Notes: a model not told the origin generated them from the sequence alone. DNA of 64,000 nt from Amoebophrya sp. A120 (GCA_905178155.1 CAJINV010000007.1:1000627-1064626); one strand, 5' to 3'; shown: positions 37,901 through 50,980, counted from the first letter of the stretch. Translations and numbers: made by a program.

Positions 37901-38956
37901 CTGGACTGGACGATCAGCTTCTCCAAGTACGTTTTGATTTTTTTATTCCTCGTAGTCAAACCTGCTGTCATCATGCAGCTTCTCCTCATCTTCCACTCAA
38001 ATTGTCACGCAAAAAATCACCCGGGGAGACCCATTTTATTGGTGTTGATAGGTTTACATCCATTATTGCAGCGACTCTACTGTCATTCCCACTGCTGATC
38101 AGGTACGTCCGCATCCTGTGTCCCTTCTTCGAGGCCAACTACGATCCGGAGTACGGTCGTTTGGTACAGACCTTCAAGGAAATTCTCCAGAAGGAAGACG
38201 ACTTGCAGGAGATCGTGCAGTTGGTCGGGAAGGATTCTCTGTCCGAGGATCAGAAGTGCACCTTGGAGGTGGCTAAGATCATTCGTGAGGATTTCTTGCA
38301 GCAGAACGGTTTCTCCGACTACGACTTCATGTGCCCCCTGGCGAAGACCATCGGTATGATGAAGGTCATCGCATTGTTCCACGACACCGCACAGAAGATG
38401 ATCGTGGAGTCAACCGGAGACAAGAAGATCACCTGGGGTATCAAGAATATTTCTGAACGAGGGCTGTTGATGTATGATGTCTTTCGAGCACGGGCCATCA
38501 ACCGTAACCGCTGCATACGTACACAGCTCAGTCGTGCAAGTAGAGTGCATTGTTCTTTGCTTTCAAGATCATTTTCATCATCGACCGCTTTTTTCTTTGT
38601 GAATAAAACGTATCCAAATCACAATTTTTTCCAGGTCTGATCTACACCGTGATGAGGGAACAGATCGTGAAGATCACAAACATGAAGTTCGAGTTGCCCC
38701 GGCAGCCGGACCAGCACTTCAAGCTATGCAAGACAAATATCATGCCGCCGTCCCTACTCTTGCTCAGCGAAGTAACTTGCAGAACCTTGTCGTGGAGAAA
38801 ACATATGCCCCAAGGGCTTTGTGATGCAGAATGAGAGATAACTCTGAGCCGGGTGACGGCGGGCATCATGATTTTTCTCGTGCATACAAGACCGTCTACG
38901 GACAGCTGGTTACGGAGTTGGAGACCTCCTTTGCCAACCTCGGCGACCATGTGTAA
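34934..38956 (+). CDS. ATP6V1A: V-type H+-ATPase catalytic subunit A
   Basis: Motifs [78 protein letters not shown]. Contains five introners and GT-AG introns 35357-35524, 36217-36430, 36572-36743, 37927-38102 and 38438-38634. Confidence 0.97.
35032..35293. mobile_element. Introner family A
   Basis: TSD gtcgg/gtcgg; rejoins VRVG|KEKLIGE. Confidence 0.95.
35943..36151. mobile_element. Degenerate introner
   Basis: TAC..ATA ends; TSD gcagc/gcatc; rejoins EQL|QMMHKWP. Confidence 0.75.
37109..37416. mobile_element. Introner family D, young copy
   Basis: 56-bp TIR with a single mismatch; TSD ggcgg/ggcgg; rejoins YERSGR|VNCIG. Confidence 0.96.
37465..37770. mobile_element. Introner family F (inverted relative to 13521)
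   Basis: TSD gtcca/gtcca; rejoins GSVS|[11 protein letters not shown]. Confidence 0.95.
38725..38886. mobile_element. Introner, unassigned
   Basis: tatgcaagacaaatatcatg / catgatttttctcgtgcata; TSD caagc/caaga. Confidence 0.82.
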
Positions 38957-39106
38957 GTGTAAGTACATCAAGGTAAAGTCTCATCCGACCTTTTATTTTA
39001 GAGTCGTTTTTAGCTTTAGGTCATCAACATATACGAGCTAGATTGGAGGAGGACTTCGTTGTTCAAAGTTTTTCAACGCTTCGAGCTATGGTTGTGGATG
39101 GTTGTG

Positions 39107-39261
39107 TATCCTGTGCAAAAGTATCGTACTCGTAGTAATTGCACTCATGCATTACAAGTTTTTTTCTCAAGGTAAATCTAAATCCGCATTACAAATTCTA
39201 TTTCTCATGCTGAGAGAATTTGTCACGCATTTATACGAGTGCGATACTTTTGCAATGCATA
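39107..39261. mobile_element. Family B element in the probable 3' UTR of V-ATPase A
   Basis: Family B TIRs; TSD ttgtg/ttgtg; about 150 bp after the stop codon. Confidence 0.9.
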
Positions 39262-41133
39262 TTGTGAGTCTGTCTCTGTTCTTTCTACTTCACGTCCAAC
39301 ATGCCAAACAATTATTTGAAGCACATGTACTATCCAACTGTTCTTCTCCGAAAGTAACACACGACTAGGACTACGTACCAACGCGATTTACAACTGTAGT
39401 TGTGCGTTGTGGTTTCTACTTCGGTTTCGGGTTTATTGCTGCTTCTCCTTGTATTTTTCCGTGGGAACAAGCAAAAATACCACACAATGATCTCTCGCTG
39501 CGTTGCGGTTGCGTGGTGTGTGACAGAAAACAAAAAAATATCCTATGTGCAGCCCAAGATAGATTCCAAAAGAGAAAAATTCGAGAAAGTAAAGTCTTTT
39601 TCACTCGAGGATCATTGTTACTCAGTAATGACAAATTTGTTGACGAAGCGGAGAGCACTCCTGCTTAAGGCACAACTTCAAGCCAAATCAAAACTTCTTC
39701 TTCTACTTACTTCACATCTTCTTACTTCTTATTTTTACACACCGAATACTTAGAATGGTTGATTGAGTTTGACATTGTGGCGAGTTGATCTAGCGTTCAA
39801 ATATCATGCTCGTCTATAATATAAAAAAAGCGATGGTTTTTGTGTGGACCTGAAAATAGTAGAATAACTTCAACAAAAGGTGTTGACGAATCAGAAGCGG
39901 AATATTAGCTTTCTGGTGAAGCAACTACATGGTACGATTGAATTTAGAATTCTGGGACAAGGATAGAATTATGGATGGAATGTTTCAAATACAACACAGG
40001 CGCGCACAACTATCGTCTTTGCTCTTGATTTTAGCAAGTGTAGGTGAAAGAACGCATCCTGTCTAAAGATGACAGCTCAGTAGTGTCGGACTCGGTTGCA
40101 TTCTTCGAAATATAAATATTTTCGTCGTTCTTTGAATGATTTTTCGGAGGGATTTACGACGCAGATGAGAGGAAGAACCAAAATGCAGTTGGAGGGAGGT
40201 ACTAGTTGACGCATGCGAGCTCTCCATTTGACCAGGCGCACAATTCTAGAACCAGCACCGAGGTCGTGGGTTTTCCACAAGTTATAAGTACGGCTGAGAC
40301 TGGCGGAGTGTTTGTGTTTTCTCCTGCGAGCAGATGTATGAAGGCGTGTTGAACTTCGTCGCAGGAGGCTGAATTCAGAATTTATTGTTTGAGGGCGAGT
40401 AGTGACTTCATGGTTTATGCGGTGAGAGTTAGAGTTCCTCCATCTTCATGCGCGTCGTACCTGGTTTTTTTCGACTGTTTCCATTGGATTTTAGTTTTGT
40501 ATGTGTACACCGTTCAACAATTTTGTTTTGGGCAAGAACTTTGAACCATGCGGAAGAGGCGGACTCATCGCATGGTGAGCCGCAGTACTACAACTGACGC
40601 CGCTGCGCGGCCGCGGCGACCTCGTTGATTCACAGCGACGCCCCACCTTCACAGGTAATGAGGACTGCCCTTTGGTAGTTCTCGCACTGGAGCACCTGCG
40701 AGAAGCTGTAACGACCAAGCTGCCAGCAATTTCTATTGCTTTATTTTCGACGTCTGGCGGTAACTCGACGTCTGGCGGTAACAGATAAAGAAGAGCCTCC
40801 ACCGGCAGCTCCAAGATGAGCAGCGGAGACAGGAAGAGTAAGAGAGACGTGCTCCAGAAAGAGAACACTTCTGACCAGCAGGCGGCGGAAACGCAAACGT
40901 GCGTCGTGCCCCCTGCGCGAATGACTGCAGCGGGGGATGAAGACCAGATGAACGTGAGTCGGCACGACTCCGCAAAGGTACGATGATGAACTATTTCTAT
41001 TGCGCCACTCATCTACTTCCACGACGTATGATCACGCATGTTAGTGACAGCCTCGAGCTTCCAGCTAGTAGTAGTACAGGTACACCACACGTCCCATGCA
41101 TGACACATATGTTGATTTTTTTCTAATACTCTT

Positions 41134-41853
41134 GTGCAGCAGGTGCAGGTGTACCCAGAAGACACTCTGGGTCTCCCCGTCGGCGACCCGGTCGTGTACG
41201 GCACTGGTTTTTCCCTCCCCGACCTGAAACTCAGCTGCCAGGGCCGTGGAACTTTGAACGACATCTCCGTTGGCAACATGCACCCGCGGTTAGAGCGCTC
41301 AGGAACGAATGGCAGGCGGGGTCCCGCGTTCATCAAGTGCGGCGTGGAGGTGGAGATCAACCTGAACAACCGAGCCAAGTCCTCGGATTTCCGCCCCTCT
41401 ACAACGCAGACCAAGGCCCCCGGGGACAACATGCTCACGGGTGGTGACATTTTTGCCGGCACGAGTTTCGGGGAGAACTACGGGTCGTTCCGCGACGAGC
41501 ACCGCATCACGAAGCTCCCGCTGAAGTCACAGGGCCGCGTGGCGCAAGTCAACGTGGTAGGCAAGCAACACGACCTCGGCGCGACGACGTTGTTCTCATC
41601 GGACGACACAAGGACAGCAGCTTTTTTCCAGAAGAAGCACAGTGATAAGGCGACGGCAGATGAAGGAGTGGAACAGGACGCACGCCGCCCGGATACCGTG
41701 GCGGTAGAGCGAAACGAAGATCCACCAGAGGGGATGACTTACAGGACCCGTAGTATTACAAGCAGCGCAGGGAAGATCTTGACTTCGCCTGAGAGAATAC
41801 GACAATCCCAATCCGGCTCCGGGTCCTGCACTACAAGTACAAAAATTATCTGA
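41134..41853 (+). pseudogene. Diverged partial copy of the V-ATPase A exon starting at 35525 (pseudogene or exapted ORF)
   Basis: [40 protein letters not shown] aligns with the local gene over about 41149-41560; the C-terminus is unrelated. Confidence 0.8.
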
Positions 41854-41949
41854 GTTTGAGTACTTTGAAGATCATGCGTCTAAAAATTTTTACCGAGTCT
41901 AGGCAACGCGAACGCGGTCTAGGGCTACATATGAAGATGAAGAATTCCA

Positions 41950-44900
41950 ATGAAAAAATTCACGTCGAAATTAATATCAGGTGGGTTCCACCAACATCAA
42001 AGTCCGATGATCATGGCAACGCGGTTCCCACTGCTACACATTCCGTTTCCACGACTCGGCACGGTAGGCGCAAGGCCCTTGGGTCTGAACACGAACACAC
42101 TTGGGTATTATGGAGAGACAACAGCTTGCAAAACGGGAGAAGGTGGTTCTTGCAGCAACAGTTGCAGAGCCGACGACCTGGTGCTCGCCGCAAAACCGTC
42201 AGAAGTGCGACTTCCAGCAGCGTCGATCAAACTATCATCACCGGTCGTGTCACCGCAGGATAAGAAGGAAATTACATGGCGTCAACAGGAGAGGCCGGCA
42301 GACCAGGAAGCTGATCATCATCTTTTCGCCCGTCGCCAAGCAACAAGAGGAGCGATATCGTTCACGTCGAGGAAGGAAAATAGAAACAGTGGAATCTTCT
42401 CATCGCAAATGATTGCCGGTGAAATTGGTGGAGGTCGTGAGAATAATCTTTTCCCGAGTCCAGGACCTGCACCTGCTCATCGACCAGAAAATACTAACCG
42501 CAGCTGTACATCACGCTCACGACCTGCCACAAGGGTTGGCGTGCTCGTGCCGTCTCCGAGTGCGAAAAGTAGAAGTAGTCTTGTGTCTGCAACTTCATCT
42601 TCTCCTCGTATTCGTACTAGCACACCAAGTGAGAACGCACCAGCGCCGAGCGGTTGTTGTTCTTTCATGGCTATAACTACAGGTGGAGGTGGACGAAACG
42701 CATTACACGCGCCTCCAGGAGTTGCTTCAACACCTCCTGCTTCACCGGGTAGTACGAAATTCACAACTCCACGAAGCGACAACTCTACTGCTACGCCAAA
42801 TCAGAGCAAGCTGCTCTTCACTACCCCCAAGGATTCTTCATTAACACCCGGGTCGGGGCGTGATGTAGTTCGTGGCATTGTGTCCTTCGCTACTCCGCTG
42901 ACTTCAACTTCTCCAGTTGTGGCGGCAAGGGCAGCCACAACTGGAAAAGCATCTTCTGCGGAGCGAAACATCACAGCGAGGATGAAGCTGCTCTTCATGC
43001 AGCCCTCTAGTACCACCACAACGCCTGGTGGGGCCGGCGGCGCTAGTTCAAGCACTAGGTCAGCAACAGTGGGAGTGGCTCCGACGTCGGTAAAACTACA
43101 CAAACCACGTTTATCGCGACGAGGATCAGTTCAAGATCGGCCACAACAGCACGAGCGCTTGCGCTTCCAGTCGCAGTCCCGATGCAGAACACGCTGGACT
43201 CTGCGGCCACCTGTAAATGTTGACACTACATTCACCACCATCCGTGGTGGTGCTCCTGCACCTGGATGTACGACCAGGCCGCTATCCTCGACAAGAAGGC
43301 CGAGGCCGCGGCTTGGAAGTGTGCTGGCAGGGGCGTCGGTCCTTTTCGCAAGATCGTTTACCAGCGTGCAGGCGATCCAAAAGTCGACCACTGCGACCGA
43401 GAACCAGAAGAGCTTCTACGATGACGACGGCGAGCAGAAAGGAAGTACAGCAGCTCGACGGCGAGAGGCAGGCAAAGGTAGTACTGGCACTACCACGACA
43501 GAACAAGAAGATAATGAAGGAAACAAGCGAACCACTTCTAGTACAGCGGAGGGCGGAGCCTTACCTGGCGCGGACAGCAGTCGTCAGGCTGCAGCAGGTG
43601 AGGCGAATCGTCGGGGTGCTGGTGTTGGTGAAAACCTATCTTCTACCAAAAATGCTGATTTTTTGGATCCCTCCGCGAAAGAAGGACCGGCAGCGGAAGG
43701 TAAGCACGAGAGTCTGCGCGACACTGACGCGACGCCGATGGCGGTGGCTACGACCGTACAGGGCCCTACGTCTCCTGGCGGGCCAGTAAATAAAGCAGTA
43801 GAGCGCGTAGAACAAGAAACAAACCCTGGCAGCAGGAGAACCAGTCTTATCAACCAAGAGGAAGGTGGAGTTGGTCTTGCTGGCAGCGGGGAAGAAGCCA
43901 AACAACCAATCACGGATGCCGATGCAACAGAAACTGTCTCGTCCAACAAGAACAGTCATACTGACCGCACTGCATCTTCCACGAAGCACCGGACGGATGA
44001 CGGCGGTTCTGGAAGTCATTCTCGCGAACGACCACTGCCGACAGAAAGCTCTTTGGAGATGAAGGGGAAAACCGGCAATCCGACTGATGAACAAAGATCG
44101 GAATCCGAATCAGATGCGCAGAGGAAAAGCACCCTCACAAAAAATGACGATGCGGCGTTGAAAAAATCCGGCACTGCTAGTACAACTTCTCATGCAGCAG
44201 AAGCAGCGCCAGCAACTTCTGCGGTGGGTGGTAGTAAAAGTCCTAGTCTTGTTGCTACTTCGACGGGCTTGGGAACAGGCAGTAGCAGCAGCAGCTCCGT
44301 AGTCCAGGAACGATCCTCCCTAAGTATACAACTAGCAGCTTCAGAGTCTTCAGACGCAGCGACAAAAGGTTCGTCGACGTTGGATAGCGTCAGCGCGCCG
44401 TCTTCAACATCAACCACACCGAACACAGGGGTTAGCGTCGTGGACACGGACAGTCCCACTGCAGCCTCCGCGCATCAAAGCTCGTCGAGTACAACGCCGG
44501 GGCCAGTTGCTCCGGCGCCACAAGAAAAGCGGAAACTTTTACGACGTGAGCCGGGCCAGAGGCCTGCAATAAAGACTAGCAGTTCGTCCGCGGTGCAGAC
44601 AGGAGAAGCAGGCGCGCCGTCCGGTGGCGATGAAATCGAATATCAATTCCGACCTTCCGAGCACGACCTTCTGCCGTATTTGTGTCCAGACCAACAAGGC
44701 TTGGCTATGTACAAGCTGGAGGGCGTCGTTGGTAACGCCGAGGCCCCTGATTCCGCTCAGGAACAGCGAGAGCGCGGCAAAGTAATAGAAAGAATTTCAA
44801 AGAATAAGAAAAAGACCCCAACTGCAGGTAGTCAGGGTGGCGAAATTTACCGAGCCGGTCCGCGGATAGCAGACCTTGGCGGCGGCAGTAGCGGCAGTAC

Positions 44901-47900
44901 ATCAAAAAGCAAACTCTGCATCGTCCTGCAGAACGAGAAGAAGAATGAGAATGACGCAGGCGACGAAGCAGCGGACGGCCAAATGGGGGCGGCGTGGCTG
45001 GAGTCCGTAAAGAGTATGCGCGACACCACACGAAAAGGGTCTGACGCTGACAGTAGTTCCGATTCCGAAGAAAGCGCCGAGAACCTCTCGCGCTTTGCAG
45101 GATTATTCAATAACGCGGAAGAGAAGTATTTTCAGTTACGTGAAGAAGCGAATAAATTATGGAAAGGCGCCACAACTGGACAAGATCGAGACAAGCGTGG
45201 CACAAAGTGCCGCGACCCGCAAATAAGGAAGGCTCGCTTGCAAGTAGCGAGACTTCGCGTCAAGGGCTACTTTGATGACCTGGACGAACCCACGCGAACC
45301 GAGTTCCTACTCCGGCAGAAGCAGATGAAGAACGCAGAGAAGAACGCTGCAAATCTGGACGCAGGACAATTAGAAGGACAAGGAGAAAGAACTGCGGAAG
45401 CTGTGGCACCAGATCGAGATGATGAAGATCTCGATGAGGGTATGTGGATTGATGACCCAAATCCCTTTGCCAACGGGGTTTCTCCTTTTGAACAGGCGAG
45501 CGGGTGTCTACGAATGAATGAGAAGAGTCTGCAGGAGGATTTCGTCGGCTTCGCGCCCGGGACCGAAACTACCCAAAAGACCACTGCCGAGAAAATACAA
45601 ATGGAAAAACAAATGGAAGAGGAAAGACAAGAGATGCGCACAGCCGTTAACTTGGCCTTGACACCGGGCGCAGACGACCCATGCTTCAAGAACAAGATCG
45701 GTGAGAACAAGATCGGCTTCACCGTGCACAAACCGGCGCTGCGGGGGCCGTCAGTGTTTGAAGCCAAGGTAGTCGGATACAATGGTCGATGGGTAACAGC
45801 GAGTCATCTTCAGAACGCTTTTGAGTACAAGAGCTTGGAGATGATTCAAGAGGAGCTAAAGCAAAAAACCCCTCCTACCGCTAGCGCAAAAGAGACGGCA
45901 GAGGAGCTAAAGCAAAAAACCCCTCCTGCCGCTAGCGCAAAAGAGACGGCAGAGGAGCTAAAGCAAAAAACCCCTCCTGCCGCTAGCGCAAAGGAGACGG
46001 CTTGCTTCTTCACGCGGCCGGCGGCGATGATGCAAAGAGCAACAAGAGAACAAGGAAAAGAAGAAGCGACGCCAGAGTGGGAGCTCGAGCTGAAAAAAGA
46101 CCGCGCGCGGGAGCTCTTGGCCATTCAGGCGGAGAAGCGGGCGGACAAACCTTTGAACGCTGGCAAGGATGTAGAAAACAGTAAACAGGCACCACGGAGG
46201 GCTGCCATGGCGGGCGCAGACAACTACGGCGATGGTTCGGGGAGTCCGCCTGCCCTCGAGCAAGGCCCCCCCTTGGTTATTGGAAAACTGCGGCCGCGCA
46301 ACTCCTCTTCGCAAAAATCGACGGGAACGAATAACGACGCAGCCCCGGCAGCGGCGGGTGCGGGTTGGCAACAATCCGACACGCTCAAGGTGGCCGGCTG
46401 GAAAATCTTTCCCGGGGCGCATGTGTCCGTGAGATCCCATGGCCTGCTCGCCGCGGACCATTCCTACAGTGCATTGAACAACCTAGGCTACCAGCACCAG
46501 TACGCCCGGTTCATCTTTCGGGCTAGAAAGCCTGCCAGCTCGGAGGATACGCCGGTTGCTGTGTATGCGTCTTTCGCAGCGGGCACGGGGCTCGAGTGCG
46601 ACGTGGCGGAATTGGTGACGGAAACGCCGTCGGAATCTTCTTCCGCCCAAAGCACGGCGCGCCCCGGCTCAGGTGAAGGCCTCACCCTTGCCGCGCCATA
46701 CCTGGCACGCCCGGCCAAGTTGTACGAAGACCTCATTCCGGAGGTGTGCGGAAAAGTTTTCTCTGACGCCCATTATTGGGAGTTTGTCGAAGAATTAGTA
46801 GCGAGCGACGAGTTTTCCACGATGGTTGCGAGTGAGTTCCTCGAAGGTAATAAGTTCGCCCATGCGCTCAAAAAGCGCGAACAGTATTACCGGTACAGCT
46901 CCCCGCCCTACCTGTTCGACCCGCGGGGGCAAATCATGCTGGGCAAGCACGCGCCGTATGACATCGCGAACTCGGTCGTGTTCGGCTTTGGCGTCGAGGA
47001 AGCAATGTCAATGCTGGTGGCGGCGTATTTCGGTCCCTTCAGGACGAGCACCAACTATTTACTTGCAGCGCAATGGTTCCCCCCACGAGTTTTGGTTAAC
47101 AACTGCCAAAGTTTAGCCTTCTTCCTGTACAACTTCGTCTCGGACAACGACTGCGGCAAGTCGCTTCTGCCGTCTTGCAGTGGCGCCGGAAAACAGAACA
47201 ATTTGTGGCTGTTTGACACGCGCACGTACCTCGCTACGAAGCACGCCATCGAATCGTGGCATGGCTCTGCTCTGAACCACCTCTTTGGACATAGCTTTGA
47301 TCCGAAGAGCTTGGCCACCAAGCTCCTGCTACCCTACCGCTACTGCCGCGATGCGGGCCCAGTGCTGGCTGCCCACTGGCTCTCTAACGCACTCTCAAGC
47401 GCCAGTGTACAGCTAAGCGCAGCAACCTCGGCAGCGGGCCCCAGTAGTAGCACCTTCTCAAGCGCCGGGACTATTTCATCTTCAAAACCTGCAACCGGTG
47501 CGGAGGGTACTGACCGCCACCTGCGCACCACGCCAGCAGTCATTGGCACAACAGCAACCGCGTACGGATCGGTCCCAGTCCCGGCAGGAGCTCCTCACGA
47601 GGAAATTATCAACTATGCCCTGTAAAACATAAACAAGTATGCGTCGCATAATTATACCTGCTGGCCATTGCCATCTTGATTTCAACCCAGCATAACAAAA
47701 CGTCTACTTCTTTGCCTTCTTTGGTTTGATGAATGCAAAGTGATTGAAGGCGGGGGGCTGCAAATCAACATCTGTGATGCAGGAATTTGACTGATGTCCA
47801 GCACGTGCGCGATACGTAGTACTTGTGCCGTGCATATCAACACAGCCGGCGCAAACGAGAACTTTCCGGAGCAGGAGAACTTTGTCCCCGACGCTGACGA

Positions 47901-49111
47901 AAATGTGGAAACTGCTTCTGCCGACAACAGCAGCGCGGGGAGTGATGATAAGAAAAACGGGCTGCGTGACGTGGTCCAGGAGCAGGGGCAGCATAAAGCT
48001 GATTTTGTTGGGGGAGAACAATTGCTGCAGGAGTCCGGGTCGTCAATGCAACAGCAAAAACAATCTGCGATGAAGCCGCAGGACTTATGAATTGCAAATG
48101 CGTCGGGGTCTGAAAGAGGACGAGCGCAGGTTTTGTCATTCTCGGCTACTAGCATGACTCAAAACTTTGTCATGCGCATTTCTCAAATAAGTTAAACAAA
48201 GGCCTCATAGTCGTTTTTCTGTCATGCAGAAGCCTTCTACTTGTTCTGCAGAATAGAGAGAGAAAAACGTTTCAGGTTTTCAGACCCAGACTGATTTGCA
48301 TTTGATAGGAGTACGGACAACAAGAAACCGCGGACCTGATGAACCATGCGGACAAACAGGCCGCGTCAAAGACCTCGTCGTCTTCCACACCATCAAAATC
48401 ATATCAAATGTAACATATCATTCGGGTCTGGAAATATTGAGCTGCTTGTTGTGATGCTTGTTTTGCACTGTTGGAAAATCTGTGTTGCGTTACAAACAAA
48501 GGCGCGCCTTCATCCTTTGTTAACATTCATGATCAAGGGTGCAATTTGTGATGCTGATTTCGTACGCTACGACACAGACAGCGTTCGCGTTGCTCGAAAC
48601 AAAACCTGTCATGCCTGGCTCCAGTAGAAAAAAATGCAATCATCCCCACGCCAGCATCACAATGTTTATTCCTGACCGAGGCATGATCTTTGCGTTTCAT
48701 ATCGATGAAAAGGACGCGCTGGACGACGAGGCAGCCTTGTTCGAAGAGATTAATGACGAAGGCAAGGCTGCTGTTGCAGGAGGGCACAAGAACACGAACC
48801 TGAACCAGCAGGAAAACAAGAACTTCTACGAAACAACCACCATGGAGACCGGAGAAGCAACTTCTAGCAGCAAGGGTGCTCTTGCTGCCGCCGCGGTAGA
48901 AAATCAGGGCGCAGCAGCAGCATCCTCGACGGGCGAGGACTGGCATCAGGAGCATGGTACTGCGAACTACGGCCGCGGCGTTGATCATGAATCCGTTTCT
49001 GCGGACCAGGGAACAAAAACGAATAGCAGAATTCCGGGGACGGGAGAGGGAGAGATAAACGCAGCAGGTGGGGACGGAGGACAACCAGCAAGGGCAGAAA
49101 ATTCTAGATAA
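41950..49111 (+). CDS. Very large hypothetical protein (about 2100 aa), mostly low complexity, with a possible permuted papain-like region
   Basis: The 1891-codon ORF continues through three elements (EEIIN|TAGAN, QD|YGQQ, KS|EKDAL) to a stop at 49111; motif NYLL..NNCQSLA. Start codon uncertain. Confidence 0.72.
45850..46001 (+). repeat. Coding tandem repeat, 3 x 51 bp (EELKQKTPPxASAKETA)
   Basis: Near-identical units at 45850, 45901 and 45952. Confidence 0.95.
47614..47836. mobile_element. Introner, unassigned
   Basis: tatgc..gcata ends; TSD tcaac/tcaac. Confidence 0.8.
48086..48307. mobile_element. Introner family A
   Basis: Family A TIRs; TSD ggact/ggagt. Confidence 0.87.
48402..48701. 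mobile_element. Introner family A, degenerate
   Basis: Family A-like ends; TSD decayed; restores frame. Confidence 0.72.
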
Positions 49112-49789
49112 AACGAGAAAAGCGTGCAGAAGATGACGACGCAGAACTCAACGTGACCGCTTACGTTTCGAAAAATAAAACATTAAGAAACTCAAAGAGT
49201 TGAAAGACATAGAGCTAGGAGCTTTTTTCTCCAACTTACAGTCGCAACGACGTCAATCATCCACGCGAAAAAAATACAAAATGAGCTTTTATTTATCCAT
49301 AAAATGAACCCTTGCGTGTCAACATCATCAACTTTTCAAGCAGAACTCTTGCAAGTGAAGCCTTGCAACTGAATGCACTACAGCGACTCGCTGAAATTGA
49401 ATTAGATATGAGCAGCGTCTCACTGTGTAAGATCAGGAAATGAACGAAACCAATGAAATTTCGCGGACAATCATAATCAAAATGAAAATAAGTAAGTCGC
49501 GTAAGACCTACACTGTTACTGAAAACGAACTAAGTACAATGGACCATACCAACGAAAAAATATAAACAAGCCCAGAGCCTGCACCTTTGTTTTCCGCCAA
49601 ATAGATAAGCATTTCTTACGGCAACACTGCAAAAATAAAATCTGCAGAAACTCCCATGCCGGGGTGATATCAGATTGGGTGATAACACAAAGCAAAATCT
49701 TCTGCATTGATAGATATTTTCGCGCTTTTTCTCCAAAGCCAAAAAGTATAGCGTATCGATTTTCATTCGGAAGATTCTACAGAACCAGA

Positions 49790-50980
49790 AGCACATGATA
49801 TTGATGCAATTCGCAATTTTGCTTGATGGAAAATTTCAATTTCTTTGTCATGATTGTTGGATGAGTTGCATAAAGATTCCGTTTTTTTATCATGATCTAA
49901 TCTCCATTTCGATGATGATAGATTCCATCCCTCTGTCGATATAATGTTTGATGATGATGATTCTAATACATAAGAGAGATGGATCGAAAATCTTGAGATC
50001 TTCTAGAGTGTGGGATTCATTAGGATTATTATCATTGTGTCTGTTCTTCTAGTTCGGGAAATGTTTTTTATTAATTTAAATTTTCCGAGAAATCGGAGTT
50101 GAGATATATTCCATCAGAGTTTTTTTTTTCAATAAATTGCAAAAATTCAATAAAGTGGATTGATAAAATCAAACAGAATTTCTTTAAGATAATATGAAGA
50201 TCGAGATCTGGATTAATTCCGATATATAGATATTTCCAGAAATTTTTTCTTGAGGTGGATTTGGATATTGTATACAGGATATACAACAAATATCAGAAAA
50301 AAATTTTCCGCATATTCTTTCAAATTTTTTTTGAGTCAATATTTTTTCCTAAAAAGTCAGAAATTCTTTTTACAAATTCTTCAAGAGATCGACTCTATCT
50401 TCATAAATCAATAATTTTTTTTTTTATATTTTTCAATTTTTGAAATGATAATTTTCAATATCATTGAAGAGAATAATGAAATAAATTCGATGGGTCATCG
50501 ATCCGATTTATTAGAAAGATTGATTGATAAAATTTTCATGGAATTTTTCCATTATGAAATCAATATCATTTCCATTCCCAAAAATTTTATATGAATGATA
50601 TGATTCAAAATTGGATTTCTCCCAATTCAGATTACAGATTGATGAACACCATCCAATTTATGCATTTACATTTTTAGAATCGAGAATGAGAAAATAATCG
50701 AACAGAATGACCCGGGAAAAAAAAAAATCATGGATCTTATCGGAGATAGATTCAACATTATTTATCCATGGTCTAGACACCAAACAAAACCCAATCCCAT
50801 GAGATAACACATTGATACAGAAACAACCAAACATGATCAAGATCATCACAGAAATCCATTTCTGTATCATATCTGGAGAAATAGGAAAAGGAAACCTGAA
50901 AGAGAGATATTGATATTGATATGCTACAGAATCAGAGCAGAATTTTTTTTTGATGATTCAAATCAGAATGGATTTTCGTT
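49790..50980. other. AT-rich island, possibly a decayed foreign or mobile-element relic
   Basis: Abrupt drop in GC with long A/T runs and GAT/ATC enrichment; no credible ORF. Confidence 0.5.

Noticed and set aside
34934-38956. Reading the interrupted genes as transposon-killed pseudogenes
   Set aside because: The exons have no stops or frameshifts and retain invariant motifs even beside old, decayed elements, which indicates continued selection.
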